A DNA stretch of 64,000 nt from Cenarchaeum sp. (GTDB lineage Archaea > Thermoproteota > Nitrososphaeria > Nitrososphaerales > Nitrosopumilaceae), in assembly GCA_965212015.1 (NCBI GenBank), contig OZ243037.1, forward strand, positions 1,312,001 to 1,376,000. The letters run 5' to 3'. Below the pieces are notes generated by a model, which made no database searches, was not told the DNA's origin, and saw nothing but the letters and a program-made list of their open reading frames with translations. Position 1 is the first letter of the stretch. Each line of letters starts with the position of its first letter. Both the position numbers and the translations under genes were made by a program. This document shows, in pieces, positions 9,669 to 19,858 of this stretch.

Positions 9669-9986
9669 GGCCTATTTTTCCCTTCTTGTATGGGGTCGCG
9701 CCCTATTGTGACTGGGGGTGAATTTTGCATCATGGAACCGGCCGCCTTGTACGCAAAATCCTTCATGGCACATTTTTTCGCCGTTTGGATTTATGTTTTG
9801 TTTAATCATGCCGGCCTGCGGGATAATGCCGGGATGGGGGTTCTGACGGAAAACAAGCATGCAATGCAGCATGCCAAATTTTGTCACGCGCGTCCCGAGT
9901 GTGCACGCCATCAGTGCATGGCCGGCGCAACTATCTCGCGCACTGTTAAAGGTTAATAATGTCTGCGGCAAACTCACAAGGGCATT

Positions 9987-10060
9987 GGGCCGGTAGTCTA
10001 GCTGGTTAGGATACCGCCTCGACACGGCGGTGATCGTGAGTTCGAATCTCTCTCGGCCCA
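9987..10060 (+). tRNA. tRNA-Val(GAC)
   Basis: GGGCCGG/TCGGCCC acceptor, CCGCC-TCGACAC-GGCGG anticodon arm, TTCGAAT T loop. Confidence 0.95.
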
Positions 10061-10069
10061 TTAGGCTTT

Positions 10070-10570
10070 TTAAAATTCCTTTTCAATAAGGGACCAGGAG
10101 GTCTCTACGGTAATCACGCCGCTGGCGGTGTAATCCACATCTTCGCCGTCTATTATGGCATCATATACGCCGTCACTTACGGTGCTTTTTGTCAGCTTGA
10201 AGGTGTTCTTGAGCGGAATCTCAGTCCCCGCATAAAAGGCGGCCCTTCCCGGCATTGAAACGTCCTGGGTAGAGTATGCGCCAGAACCCAGCTGTTCCCC
10301 GTCGGCATACAGGTCATAGCTGATGAGCGGAACCGTAAACGTCTTTTCGGACGGATTTGAGACCAGAAAGACGACTTGGAGCTTTGCGCTATCTTCTATG
10401 GTGTTTACGCCTATGACGCTTACACCCTGTAGCTCAATGATGACTTTTTCCAGTTCGGGATTGTCCAGACTGGCATAATAGACAAAACCCCCCATCATTA
10501 CGAACAATCCTCCAATGGCGGCAAATACGGTAACCCTGCTTTGTAATCCCAAACAAACCTCGTTGCACAA
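10070..10570 (-). CDS. LEA type-2-like membrane-anchored protein
   Basis: N-terminal TM; V.NPS..., I.YDLY.DG..LG.G pattern; true start probably slightly downstream. Confidence 0.7.
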   Translation of the reverse strand: MCNEVCLGLQSRVTVFAAIGGLFVMMGGFVYYASLDNPELEKVIIELQGVSVIGVNTIEDSAKLQVVFLVSNPSEKTFTVPLISYDLYADGEQLGSGAYSTQDVSMPGRAAFYAGTEIPLKNTFKLTKSTVSDGVYDAIIDGEDVDYTASGVITVETSWSLIEKEF

Positions 10571-10630
10571 GACGACTAAAAAACGTTGAGATCACAATAG
10601 ATATTATTTGATTTAAACCCAGCAAATGCC

Positions 10631-11125
10631 ATGGCACTGGAGCAGGCGATAATAACGTGGATTCACCTGGTTTCCGCATCCATATGGGTCGGCGGAGGTT
10701 TGTTTCTGGGCATTGTTCTTGCGCCGATCCTGAAAAAAACCTCGCTGTCCCTGGAGGAGCGAATCGGACTGATGATAAAAATCGGAAGGCGATTCAACAA
10801 AATCGCGGTCCCCTCCCTGGCCATCCTCATCGGGACGGGAATATACAGCTCCTACTCCCTGCTTGGCAATCCCGACCTGCTATTCAGGACCAGCTATGGC
10901 GAATTTTTGGTCGTAAAAATGATCCTAGTCGTGGCGGTAATCGTAACCTTTGCGGTGCACGTGCGTATTATTCGCAGGGACGTCGAGGAAAAAATCACCG
11001 CCGGCAAGATGTCAGAGCCTGAAATCCAGAGGCTGCGCAAAAAAATAATCATTCTGGGGGAGATAATGTCGGTGATCTCTGTGATCATACTGCTGCTTGC
11101 CGCACTGCTGGACGCAGGCGTGTGA
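10631..11125 (+). CDS. CopD/DUF4149-family membrane protein
   Basis: WIHL....IWVGG, RF..IA, YG..L..K, H motifs. Confidence 0.85.
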   Translation: MALEQAIITWIHLVSASIWVGGGLFLGIVLAPILKKTSLSLEERIGLMIKIGRRFNKIAVPSLAILIGTGIYSSYSLLGNPDLLFRTSYGEFLVVKMILVVAVIVTFAVHVRIIRRDVEEKITAGKMSEPEIQRLRKKIIILGEIMSVISVIILLLAALLDAGV

Positions 11126-11168
11126 ACCGGCCCCCTATCTTTTTTAAGCCGCTTGACCAAGTCCGGCC

Positions 11169-11663
11169 GTGAACGGTTTACTGGTGGGGAGATTTCAGCC
11201 GTTCCACCTGGGACACGCACACGCAATCAGGTTTGCTCTGTCCAGAGTGGACAAGCTGTGGCTTGGCATCGGCAGCTCCGGCAGGCCGGCAGAAAAGAAC
11301 AATCCCTTTTCGGCCGACGAGAGAAAGGCCATGATCTCGCATTCCCTGGATCCGCAATCGGCGAAAAACATCGAAATCTACAACATTCCCGATCTTGACG
11401 ACCACGTAAAATGGATGGAAAACCTGGACGGCATAGTGCCAGAGTATCAGGTGGTGTTTTCCAGCGACGAGATGACCCGGCACCTGTACTTAAAAAGAAA
11501 CAAGGAGGTAATCTCTGCCCCGTTTATCAGGCGCGGCGAGCTCTCTGGGACAAACATCCGGGCAAGAATGACCGGGGATCAGGACTGGCAATCCCTCGTT
11601 CCTGAGGGCACGAAAAAAATACTTGAAAAGATCGGCGCCAGGGATCGGCTGGAACATCTCTAA
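11169..11663 (+). CDS. Nicotinamide-nucleotide adenylyltransferase
   Basis: GRFQPFHLGH, NPFS..ER, SGT.IR. Confidence 0.95.
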   Translation: MNGLLVGRFQPFHLGHAHAIRFALSRVDKLWLGIGSSGRPAEKNNPFSADERKAMISHSLDPQSAKNIEIYNIPDLDDHVKWMENLDGIVPEYQVVFSSDEMTRHLYLKRNKEVISAPFIRRGELSGTNIRARMTGDQDWQSLVPEGTKKILEKIGARDRLEHL

Positions 11664-11703
11664 TTATAAATAATGTCCTCGCCGAGTCCATGACGGGAGA
11701 AAT

Positions 11704-12858
11704 TTGGAATATCTAGTAATGCTGCCTGGCCCGACAAACGTGCCAGAGAGGGTGCTCAGGGCAATGTACGTGCCCATGATTAATCACCGGAGCGACGATT
11801 TTGTAGACCTGTATGAGCCGTGCGTGGAAAAGACAAAAAAGGTCTTTCGGACAAGCGGCGATGCGGTATGCCTGTCGGCATCGGGCACGGGGGCAGTGGA
11901 GGCAGGCGTAGTCAATCTCATTAAAAAGGACGACAAGGTAATCATTCCGGTAAATGGCGAGTTTAGCAGCAGGCTATCACAGATGCTGGAATGGTCCGGC
12001 GCAAACGTGGTAAAGCTAGAGACGCCGCCAGGCGAGAATGCCAGCTTTGATCAGGTAAAGGAGGCGTTTGACAACAACAAGGACGTCAAGGCGTTTTACT
12101 GCGTCTGGAACGAGACGTCCACCGGCACGATGCTGGGATACCTCGACAGGATAAAGGATCTCACCTCCCGGAACGACGCTTACTATGTGGTAGATGGCGT
12201 ATCAATCGTGGGCGGAGAGGAGCTCCGGATGGACGACTGGGGCATCGACGTGGCAATGACGGGCGCACAAAAGGCGTTTGCCGCCCCGCCGGGCATCTCT
12301 CCCATCTGCGTCAATGCCCGGACAAAAAAATACATGGTGGAGAATCCCCCAAATACGATGTACTTTAACCTTGCACGGTACTTCAAGTATTACGAGGAGG
12401 CAAAGCACACCCCGTTTACCCCGGCCCTGCCGCTTTTGTATGCGTACAACGAGGCGATGGACATGATCCTGGAGGAGGGCCTGGATGCACGAATCAAGCG
12501 CCACCGCGTGTGCTCCGATGCGCTTTACTCCGGACTTAGCTCCATCGGGCTGACCCCGTTTGCAAAGGAGGACTCGCGTTCCACCGTCGTAATCGCGCTG
12601 AACTATCTTGAGGGCCTCGAGGACAAGACATTCCGAAACACGCTGGCAGAAAAGTTCCGCGTCCTGGTTGCGGGGGGATTTGGAAACCTAAAGGGCAAGG
12701 TATTCAGAGTGGGATGCATGGGCGAGGTGGGCCGGTACCACGTCATGAGAACCATATCGGCAATCTCTTCTACTCTTGAAATGATGGGCTATGACACAGA
12801 TACAAAGACGGGGCTGAAAACCGCAGAGGAAAAACTGCAAGCTCTGAAAGCCTGTTAA
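11704..12858 (+). CDS. Class V PLP aminotransferase (serine-pyruvate/alanine-glyoxylate type)
   Basis: PGPT, NETSTG, GAQKAF..PPG. Confidence 0.95.
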   Translation: MEYLVMLPGPTNVPERVLRAMYVPMINHRSDDFVDLYEPCVEKTKKVFRTSGDAVCLSASGTGAVEAGVVNLIKKDDKVIIPVNGEFSSRLSQMLEWSGANVVKLETPPGENASFDQVKEAFDNNKDVKAFYCVWNETSTGTMLGYLDRIKDLTSRNDAYYVVDGVSIVGGEELRMDDWGIDVAMTGAQKAFAAPPGISPICVNARTKKYMVENPPNTMYFNLARYFKYYEEAKHTPFTPALPLLYAYNEAMDMILEEGLDARIKRHRVCSDALYSGLSSIGLTPFAKEDSRSTVVIALNYLEGLEDKTFRNTLAEKFRVLVAGGFGNLKGKVFRVGCMGEVGRYHVMRTISAISSTLEMMGYDTDTKTGLKTAEEKLQALKAC

Positions 12859-12889
12859 CTTAATATAAGGAATTTTGAGAATTACCACA

Positions 12890-13669
12890 TTGACTTTCAA
12901 CAAGGGTTCGCTGATTCTGGTGGATTATACCGCCAAGATCAAGGACAGCGACAGCATCTTTGATACGACCATTGAGGCAGACGCGCTAAAACACTCCCTG
13001 CATGATCCCAACGTCAAATACAACCCCAAAATAGTTTCAATCGGCGAGCAGAGCTTTCCCGTACTAGAGGGCCTTGATGAGGCCCTGGCAAACTCGAACG
13101 TGGGGGACAAGCTGACAGTGGAGATCCCGCCGGAGAAGGGATTCGGCGAGAGGGATACAGGCAAGGTGCGCATCATCCCCCTCAGGAAGCTGGGCGATGA
13201 TGCCGACAAGGTTTCCGTCGGCGACTCGATTGACATTGACGGAAAACACGGCATTGTGCGGCACATCGGCTCCGGAAGGGTGCAAATCGACTATAACCAC
13301 CGTCACGCAGGAAAGACACTCGTGTATGACGTGAATGTCAAAAAATCACTGGATTTGGACGACGACAAGATTGGCGAGATTCTCAAATACAGGATTCCGG
13401 CAGAGGACTCGCAGATAGAGTTTAAAAAATCCGCAAACTCCCTAGACGTAATAATTCCAAAAGAGATATTCAGGATGGACGGCCTACACACCGTAAAGCA
13501 TTTCATTCAGATGGACATATTCCAGTTCCTGCCTGATCTGGAGAAAATCAACTTTATCGAGACCCACTCGAACAAAAAACCCGAGCCAGAACAGAAAACA
13601 GAACAAAAACCCAACGAGACCACAGAACAGGAAACTAAACAAAAAACTTCAGATCAGAAAGCCGCCTAA
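12890..13669 (+). CDS. FKBP-type peptidyl-prolyl isomerase (SlyD-like, long archaeal type)
   Basis: FDTT, PEKGFGER, DYNH..AGK; TTG 12890 preferred. Confidence 0.93.
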   Translation: MTFNKGSLILVDYTAKIKDSDSIFDTTIEADALKHSLHDPNVKYNPKIVSIGEQSFPVLEGLDEALANSNVGDKLTVEIPPEKGFGERDTGKVRIIPLRKLGDDADKVSVGDSIDIDGKHGIVRHIGSGRVQIDYNHRHAGKTLVYDVNVKKSLDLDDDKIGEILKYRIPAEDSQIEFKKSANSLDVIIPKEIFRMDGLHTVKHFIQMDIFQFLPDLEKINFIETHSNKKPEPEQKTEQKPNETTEQETKQKTSDQKAA

Positions 13670-14727
13670 ACCACCCCGGTGTCCCTTGCCAGTGCAAGCG
13701 CCTTTTTGCGAGTCATTTTAAACTCCTTGAGAACCGTGTATCTCTCCGGCCGCAGATTCTGGGCCATTACCAGGGCCCCGACTAGATCCCCCGTCTTTAG
13801 GCCTATCTGTCTTGCAGTCGTCGGCGCCCCGATGAGATCAAGTGTCCTTTTAATCCCGCGCCAGTCAAACCCGTGCAGCTTTGCCATCATTATGGATCCC
13901 ATGCCGCACTTTTGGCCGTGCAGGCCCACGTTTGGAGCTAGCTTGTCTAGCGCATGTGAAAACAGGTGCTCGGCCCCAGAACACGGCCTGCTGCTTCCCG
14001 CAATGCAGGACGCAACGCCGGCGCTTATCAGCGCCTCCACTATGACCCTCTCGTCGAGGCCGTTTTTTGCAAACAATTTTGCATTCTCCATTATTATCTT
14101 TGCACTCATCAGGGCAAGATCGGCGGCATATCTTCCATAGTATTCCCCGGTCTTGTCCCTTCCCAGCTCCCAGTCCTTTACTGCAATAATGTTTGCAATC
14201 AAATCCCCGCATCCGCTTGCCAAAAGCTGTCTTGGGGCCTTTTTTATGATGTCAATATCCACAAAGACGCCAAGCGGCGCAGTCGCCACTATCGAGTGGG
14301 GTCTGTCCCCCCTTATGGAGACAAAAGGACTTGCAATTCCGTCATGGGATGCGGCAGTGGGAACGCTGGCAAACGGGATCTTGAGGTTAAATGCGATCAT
14401 TTTTGCCGTATCTACCGCCCTGCCCCCGCCTATGCCCACAATCAGGCTGCTTTTGTCCCTCATGACTGCCGACTGGATTCGCGCGATTGATTCTAGCTCG
14501 TTTTGTCTTGCAGCGTGCCAGACCCACCTGATCCCCGATTTCTTCAGGGAATCCTCGATCTCGCCCCGGATGATTTTTCTTACATTAATTCCCGAGATTA
14601 GTGATATTTTTTCCGGATTCTTCAGTGATTTTAGGAATTTTCCTATGTTTTTGATGTTTTTCTCCCCTATTACTATCAGCCGTGGCAGCTCCATCGTATG
14701 CGAGGGCATGTCCCGATTTCCCGTCAT
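13666..14727 (-). CDS. egsA: sn-glycerol-1-phosphate dehydrogenase
   Basis: GIGGG..D.AK, PTAASHDGIAS, SRPCSGAEHLFSH. Confidence 0.96.
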   Translation of the reverse strand: MTGNRDMPSHTMELPRLIVIGEKNIKNIGKFLKSLKNPEKISLISGINVRKIIRGEIEDSLKKSGIRWVWHAARQNELESIARIQSAVMRDKSSLIVGIGGGRAVDTAKMIAFNLKIPFASVPTAASHDGIASPFVSIRGDRPHSIVATAPLGVFVDIDIIKKAPRQLLASGCGDLIANIIAVKDWELGRDKTGEYYGRYAADLALMSAKIIMENAKLFAKNGLDERVIVEALISAGVASCIAGSSRPCSGAEHLFSHALDKLAPNVGLHGQKCGMGSIMMAKLHGFDWRGIKRTLDLIGAPTTARQIGLKTGDLVGALVMAQNLRPERYTVLKEFKMTRKKALALARDTGVV

Positions 14728-14788
14728 TTGTCTCCTGAATGGAACAAAAAGTTATTTAAAAGGGTTACATGCACTGAAAGCATCTTAG

Positions 14789-15430
14789 GTGTATTTTTTG
14801 TCCAATAATGTCGAAGAAAAAATCCTTCACGGAACTACCACTGTAGGTATCAAGGCAAAAGACGGTGTCGTCCTGTGTGCCGATATGAGGGCCAGCGCGG
14901 GCTATTTCATTGCCAACAACAACACCATGAAAATACAGCAGATCGACGACCATGCCGGCCTGACCCTTGCCGGCGGCGTTGCAGACGCGCAAAACATCGT
15001 TGACATACTTCGGTATCATGCCAGCCTGCACAGGATACAAAAGCAGGAGCCGATGCCGATAAAGTCCCTGACAAGACTGACCTCGTTAATTTTTCACCAA
15101 AACCGCGGATATCCGTTCATTGCAGACATTCTTCTAGGCGGATTCGACGGCGGCGGGCCTGCGCTATTTAACATAGACATGTTCGGCTCCGTGGAGGAAA
15201 AATCCTACGTAACCACCGGAAGCGGCTCACCGGTGGCATACGGCACGCTTGAGGAGGAATACCGCGACAATCTCTCAGTCCAGGACGCAAAGGTGATAGC
15301 CATGCGGGCGGTAAAGGCCGCAATAACGAGGAACATCGGCACTGGGGACGGAATCAACATAGCGACAATAGACAATAACGGATTTAACCTTCTTACCAAA
15401 GACCAGAAAAAAGCAATCATTACGCTTTAG
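14789..15430 (+). CDS. psmB: Proteasome beta subunit
   Basis: HG/TTTVG propeptide junction, TGSGS. Confidence 0.97.
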   Translation: MYFLSNNVEEKILHGTTTVGIKAKDGVVLCADMRASAGYFIANNNTMKIQQIDDHAGLTLAGGVADAQNIVDILRYHASLHRIQKQEPMPIKSLTRLTSLIFHQNRGYPFIADILLGGFDGGGPALFNIDMFGSVEEKSYVTTGSGSPVAYGTLEEEYRDNLSVQDAKVIAMRAVKAAITRNIGTGDGINIATIDNNGFNLLTKDQKKAIITL

Positions 15431-15437
15431 TGATTTA

Positions 15438-17372
15438 ATGCAACGTAAACAACAAAAAGAACTACCTACGACCCAGAACATAATGGCGACCATACTGCAA
15501 AGTATACCAAAGGAGGCGATGGTGACAAAGATCGAGTACGAGGGACCGCGAATCGCGCTTTATGCGAAATCACCCAGATACCTGATGGAAAACAACGAGA
15601 TAGTCTCCAACCTGGTCAACATAATCAAGAAAAGAATCGTAGTCAGGACCGACACGTCCATCAGAATGCCGGAGGAGGAAGCAAGAAAACTGCTCGGCCA
15701 GCTCGTGCCTGCCGATGCCAAACTCCAAAACGCCCTGTTTGACACTGCGACAGGCGAGGTGTCCCTGGAGGTGAAGCGGCCGTGGCTGCTGCAGCGCAAC
15801 GCCAAAGAGTTCAATCACGCGGAAATTACAGAAAAGCTGGGATGGAAGCTGCGCATCAGAAAGGCGACGACCAACCCGTCTAGCACCATCCAGACCATCA
15901 ACTACAACCTCAAGGTGTCCGTGGCGGATCGAAGCAAGCAGCTCAAGCAGATAGGCGACGAGATATTCAGGCCGCGGCTGGCGCAGAGATCCGAGGTGTC
16001 CCTGCTGACACTGGGCGGATTCGGCCAGGTGGGCCGCTCTTGCATGCTGCTATCAACGTCTGACAGCAAGATTCTGGTGGACTGCGGCGTCAATCCGGGG
16101 GCCTCAAGCACGACAGAGTCGTTTCCCCGGCTTGACTGGGCCAACATCACGCTTGATGATCTAGACGCCGTGGTAATAGGCCACGCCCACCTGGATCACA
16201 CCGGTTTTCTGCCTACCCTGTGCAAATACGGCTATAGGGGGCCGATTTACTGCACGGAACCGACGCTTCCGATGATGAACCTCATCCAGCTAGACGCAAT
16301 CAAGGTAGCCGCAGCGCAGGGCAAAAACCCGATATACTCGGATCGCGACGTCAAACAGATCATGAGGCAGGCAATCACGCTGCCGTACTCTACTGTAACT
16401 GACATCTCGCCGGACATCAAGCTGGTCTTTGCCAATGCGGGACACATTCTGGGCTCCGCGCTGTGCCACTTTCACATAGGAAACGGGGATCACAACTTTG
16501 TCTATTCCGGGGACATCAAGTTTGGAAAAAGCACCCTCTTTGAGGCGGCAAGCTGGAACTTTCCCCGGGTCGAGACGCTGCTAATAGAAAGCACGTACGG
16601 CGCAAAGGAAGACATCCAGCCGTCACGCCAGGAAGTCGAGTCGGCGTTTATCAATGCCGTAAACCACACGCTTGCCGACGGGGGCAAGATCCTGATCCCA
16701 ATACCCGCAGTGGGGCGTGCCCAGGAGATCATGATGGTAATTGATCATTATATGAAGTCCGGCGAGATGGTAGAGGCGCCGGTATTCACCGAGGGAATGA
16801 TATCAGAGGCGTCTGCCATTCACGAGGCGTATCCAGAGTACCTTGCCACGGAGCTTAGGCAAAAAATCCTAGAGACTGACGACAATCCGTTTGACTCTGA
16901 GTATTTTACAAACGTCGAGCATTCTGACAACAGGGAGGAGGCGCTAAGGGACGACTCGCCGTGCATCATTCTTGCGACGTCGGGAATGCTAGAGGGCGGG
17001 CCCGTGCTGGAATACTTTAAGCACATAGCGCCAGACAAGAACAACAAGATTCTCTTTGTCTCCTATCAGGTGAACGGCACGCTGGGAAGGAGGGTTCTGG
17101 ACGGATCACGGCAGGTCTCGCTTCTGGGAAACGCAGGCAAAGTCGAAGTCGTCAACATAAACTGCAAGATGGAAAAGCTCGACGGGTTTAGCGGACACAG
17201 CGACTATAACCAGCTAATCTCGTTTGTCCAAAAGCTCAGGCCGAAGCTCAGGCGGGTGCTGGTAAACCACGGGGAGAGGAGAAAGTCCGAAAACCTTGCA
17301 ATGACCATAAGAAGAATGTTCAGAATTCCATCCCACTATCCGCAAATTCAGGAAGCCGTAAAGCTATTTTAG
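15438..17372 (+). CDS. beta-CASP ribonuclease aCPSF1 (FttA)
   Basis: KH-like N-terminus, HAHLDH, AGHILGS, FSGHSD; adjacent to psmB as is usual in archaea. Confidence 0.96.
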   Translation: MQRKQQKELPTTQNIMATILQSIPKEAMVTKIEYEGPRIALYAKSPRYLMENNEIVSNLVNIIKKRIVVRTDTSIRMPEEEARKLLGQLVPADAKLQNALFDTATGEVSLEVKRPWLLQRNAKEFNHAEITEKLGWKLRIRKATTNPSSTIQTINYNLKVSVADRSKQLKQIGDEIFRPRLAQRSEVSLLTLGGFGQVGRSCMLLSTSDSKILVDCGVNPGASSTTESFPRLDWANITLDDLDAVVIGHAHLDHTGFLPTLCKYGYRGPIYCTEPTLPMMNLIQLDAIKVAAAQGKNPIYSDRDVKQIMRQAITLPYSTVTDISPDIKLVFANAGHILGSALCHFHIGNGDHNFVYSGDIKFGKSTLFEAASWNFPRVETLLIESTYGAKEDIQPSRQEVESAFINAVNHTLADGGKILIPIPAVGRAQEIMMVIDHYMKSGEMVEAPVFTEGMISEASAIHEAYPEYLATELRQKILETDDNPFDSEYFTNVEHSDNREEALRDDSPCIILATSGMLEGGPVLEYFKHIAPDKNNKILFVSYQVNGTLGRRVLDGSRQVSLLGNAGKVEVVNINCKMEKLDGFSGHSDYNQLISFVQKLRPKLRRVLVNHGERRKSENLAMTIRRMFRIPSHYPQIQEAVKLF

Positions 17373-17642
17373 ATCGTATTCGGGCTTCCAGATCTTTATG
17401 TTCGGCGGCGCGATGATGATCCTCTCCTCGCCGAGCCTTACAATGTCCGCATCGGCGTTTTTTGCGATTGCATACAGCTCTTCTACCACCTTTCTTAGCT
17501 GGCTGACGTCCTTTTGTGCAAGGGGGGTGACCCTCAGGATCAGTATCAGGCCCTTTTTGATGTCCTCCTTTATGGAATGAACGTCGCTGGGGTCGCGTAT
17601 CGTGATTGCCTTGAGATATGTCGGACTTTCCTGCTTTTGCAT
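17364..17642 (-). CDS. sepF: Cell division protein SepF family
   Basis: I.EDIKKG.ILIL..., DIVRLGEERIIIAP. Confidence 0.8.
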   Translation of the reverse strand: MQKQESPTYLKAITIRDPSDVHSIKEDIKKGLILILRVTPLAQKDVSQLRKVVEELYAIAKNADADIVRLGEERIIIAPPNIKIWKPEYDLK

Positions 17643-17714
17643 CTAGCTGAAAAGAGCGTTCTACTTGTTCAAAAACTCTTCTTTGTCAGCTTGATTACAG
17701 CTGCAATTACACGC

Positions 17715-18722
17715 CTAGATTCTGAACCCCAGATAGTCTTTTTCTGCGGCGCAGCGGGCCGGGATTTCACTTTGAACCCCGTTGGTCTTGACAGTCACTC
17801 CGCATTCCCGGTCGTCGGGTGCGTCTGAATAGCGCAGCGTTACTGCGGCCGCAAGCGGCCCGTGCCTTTTTGCGGTACTTCCGCGTATCATGGACGTGGG
17901 TCCCATCTGATCTTTTGCCTCCAGTATGACGTCGTCTGCAAGTGCCAGCGCCTTTATCATCTCGTTTTCGTCGTGGTTTCTTCCCACGACAAGCTTGCAC
18001 GTCTCGTCGAGCCTGAAATGCCTGCCGACTTTGAGCAGGTCTATGTCGTTTGTAGTGGGAGTCTCTGTATGCCCGAACAGATCCTTTGCCCTCTTTCCAA
18101 ACGCGGGATCAGTCAGCAGGCAGCCGCCGCCGGCGTTGGGGGGGTTTTCTATTCCGAACTCCCTTGCCATTGCAAGCTGCTCCCTCCTTGATCTGCCGCG
18201 AATCATTCCCAGATCCTTCCTTTTTATCAGCCCGTCTTTTTCCGGATCCGTCGGGGGAAGCAGCGCAGCAGACAGCGGCCGCAGTATTTTTCCCTCAAGG
18301 CCAGAGTCCCGCTCGATCGTCTTTAGTGCGGGCCTGTGCTGGCTCATCGGCCTCTGTCCTACGACCTCTCCTGAAATTATAAACTCCGCGTCAATCTCCT
18401 TCATGTGTTTTTTTGCGGCCTCGAACATCATGGCCCTGCAGTCGATGCACGGGTTCATCCCGGCACCGAATCCGTGCTTTGGATTCTTTAGCATCTCGAT
18501 GTACTCGTCTCCTAGATAGACGGTCTTTAGGTTGACTCCCAGATCATCTGCCCTTTCGTGGATCTCAAAGCCGCATCCCCTGCCGCAGTCAAAGTCGCAA
18601 AACGGCGTCTTTATGGCGACGGCAGAGACCTCAAAGCCCTGCTTTTGCATCATTTTGACTGCAAGCTGGCTGTCCAGTCCGCCAGACAAGAGGGCCACCA
18701 CCTTTTTTTTCTTATCCTCCAA
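17715..18722 (-). CDS. PP-loop tRNA thiouridylase-like protein with a DUF814-like C-terminus
   Basis: SGGLDS, NPCIDC, GQRPMSQ, GGCLLTD, GRHFR; TTG 18722 preferred. Confidence 0.85.
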   Translation of the reverse strand: MEDKKKKVVALLSGGLDSQLAVKMMQKQGFEVSAVAIKTPFCDFDCGRGCGFEIHERADDLGVNLKTVYLGDEYIEMLKNPKHGFGAGMNPCIDCRAMMFEAAKKHMKEIDAEFIISGEVVGQRPMSQHRPALKTIERDSGLEGKILRPLSAALLPPTDPEKDGLIKRKDLGMIRGRSRREQLAMAREFGIENPPNAGGGCLLTDPAFGKRAKDLFGHTETPTTNDIDLLKVGRHFRLDETCKLVVGRNHDENEMIKALALADDVILEAKDQMGPTSMIRGSTAKRHGPLAAAVTLRYSDAPDDRECGVTVKTNGVQSEIPARCAAEKDYLGFRI

Positions 18723-18795
18723 GTGATCTCTCGGGTTTGCACCGCTATACAAACTTTGCATCATACATAAATTGCAACAAGCAAAACCACCTGTC

Positions 18796-19854
18796 ATGCA
18801 GGACAGGCAGTCACGGCTGGAGCAATTCACAAAAAAGATCGGATGCGACGTCCTGGTTACATTCGAGCCCGAAAACCTGTTTTACCTGACGGGTTTCTGG
18901 GGGGAGGCCATAGGAATGCTGCAAGACGGCGCAGTCTACATTATAGTGCCGGAACTGGAGGCCAAAAGGGCAGAGGAGGACTCTCCAGAGTCCGGCATAA
19001 TCGTCTCGCAGCGGGGCCGGCCGCTGATATCTGAGCTTGCAAAAAGAATCGGGGGCAAAAAGGCGTGCATTGACTGCCAGAGCCACGCCACAATGCAGTC
19101 CCTAAAGCACGTTCAGAACATCACCCATTCTGCCGAGCCGTTTGCAAATTCCAGGCTGATCAAGGATCCCGGGGAGGTGGCCGTCCTGCGGCAGGCATCG
19201 GCCATAATAGACGGGATGTTTGAGCTGTGCACCCGGAAGATAAGGCGGGGACAGAGCGAATTGGAGCTGCAATCCGCACTAATGTCGTACGCACACGAGC
19301 ATGAAATGTTCGCCACGGGCTACAGGTATACGCTAAACCCCCTGATAGTCGCCGCAGGCCCCAACGGCGCGCTGCCGCACGCGCAGGTGACGGGCCGCAA
19401 GTTTGAGGGCGGTGATCTGATTGTCGTGGACCTGACGCTGAGGTACAGGGGGTACGTCTCTGACTCTACGAGGACCTTTGCGCTAGGTGCCATACCGGAC
19501 GACGCCAGACGGGCCTATGATATAGTGAGGGAATCCCAGAGACTCGGACTTGATGCGGTGGGGCCGGGCGTCACATCAAAGTCAGTAGATGAGGCATGCC
19601 GAAGATACATTGCCGAAAACGATTACGGGCAATACTTTGTGCATTCCACCGGCCACGGCATAGGACTGGACGTTCACGAGCCGCCGTCGATCTCGCCGGG
19701 CAGCGACGCCGTGCTGTCTGAGAACATGGCCATAACGGTAGAGCCGGGGATATACGTCCCCGGCAAGTTCGGCGTGCGCATCGAGGACTCGCTGATAGTG
19801 GGAAAAAAAACCACGGTAATGCACAAGTTTACAAAGGAGCTAATAACGATATGA
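18796..19854 (+). CDS. Xaa-Pro aminopeptidase (M24)
   Basis: ALPH, D...SD.TRT, HSTGHGIGLDVHE, EPGIY, VRIED. Confidence 0.96.
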   Translation: MQDRQSRLEQFTKKIGCDVLVTFEPENLFYLTGFWGEAIGMLQDGAVYIIVPELEAKRAEEDSPESGIIVSQRGRPLISELAKRIGGKKACIDCQSHATMQSLKHVQNITHSAEPFANSRLIKDPGEVAVLRQASAIIDGMFELCTRKIRRGQSELELQSALMSYAHEHEMFATGYRYTLNPLIVAAGPNGALPHAQVTGRKFEGGDLIVVDLTLRYRGYVSDSTRTFALGAIPDDARRAYDIVRESQRLGLDAVGPGVTSKSVDEACRRYIAENDYGQYFVHSTGHGIGLDVHEPPSISPGSDAVLSENMAITVEPGIYVPGKFGVRIEDSLIVGKKTTVMHKFTKELITI

Positions 19855-19858
19855 CGGA

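Noticed and set aside
9672-9980. Cobalamin riboswitch upstream of bluB, or the ORFs 9648-9956 and 9672-10061
   Set aside because: No B12-box visible; the ORFs overlap a tRNA or bluB and lack protein-like features
8818-10060. tRNA-targeted integrative element
   Set aside because: No integrase or duplicated tRNA 3' end seen
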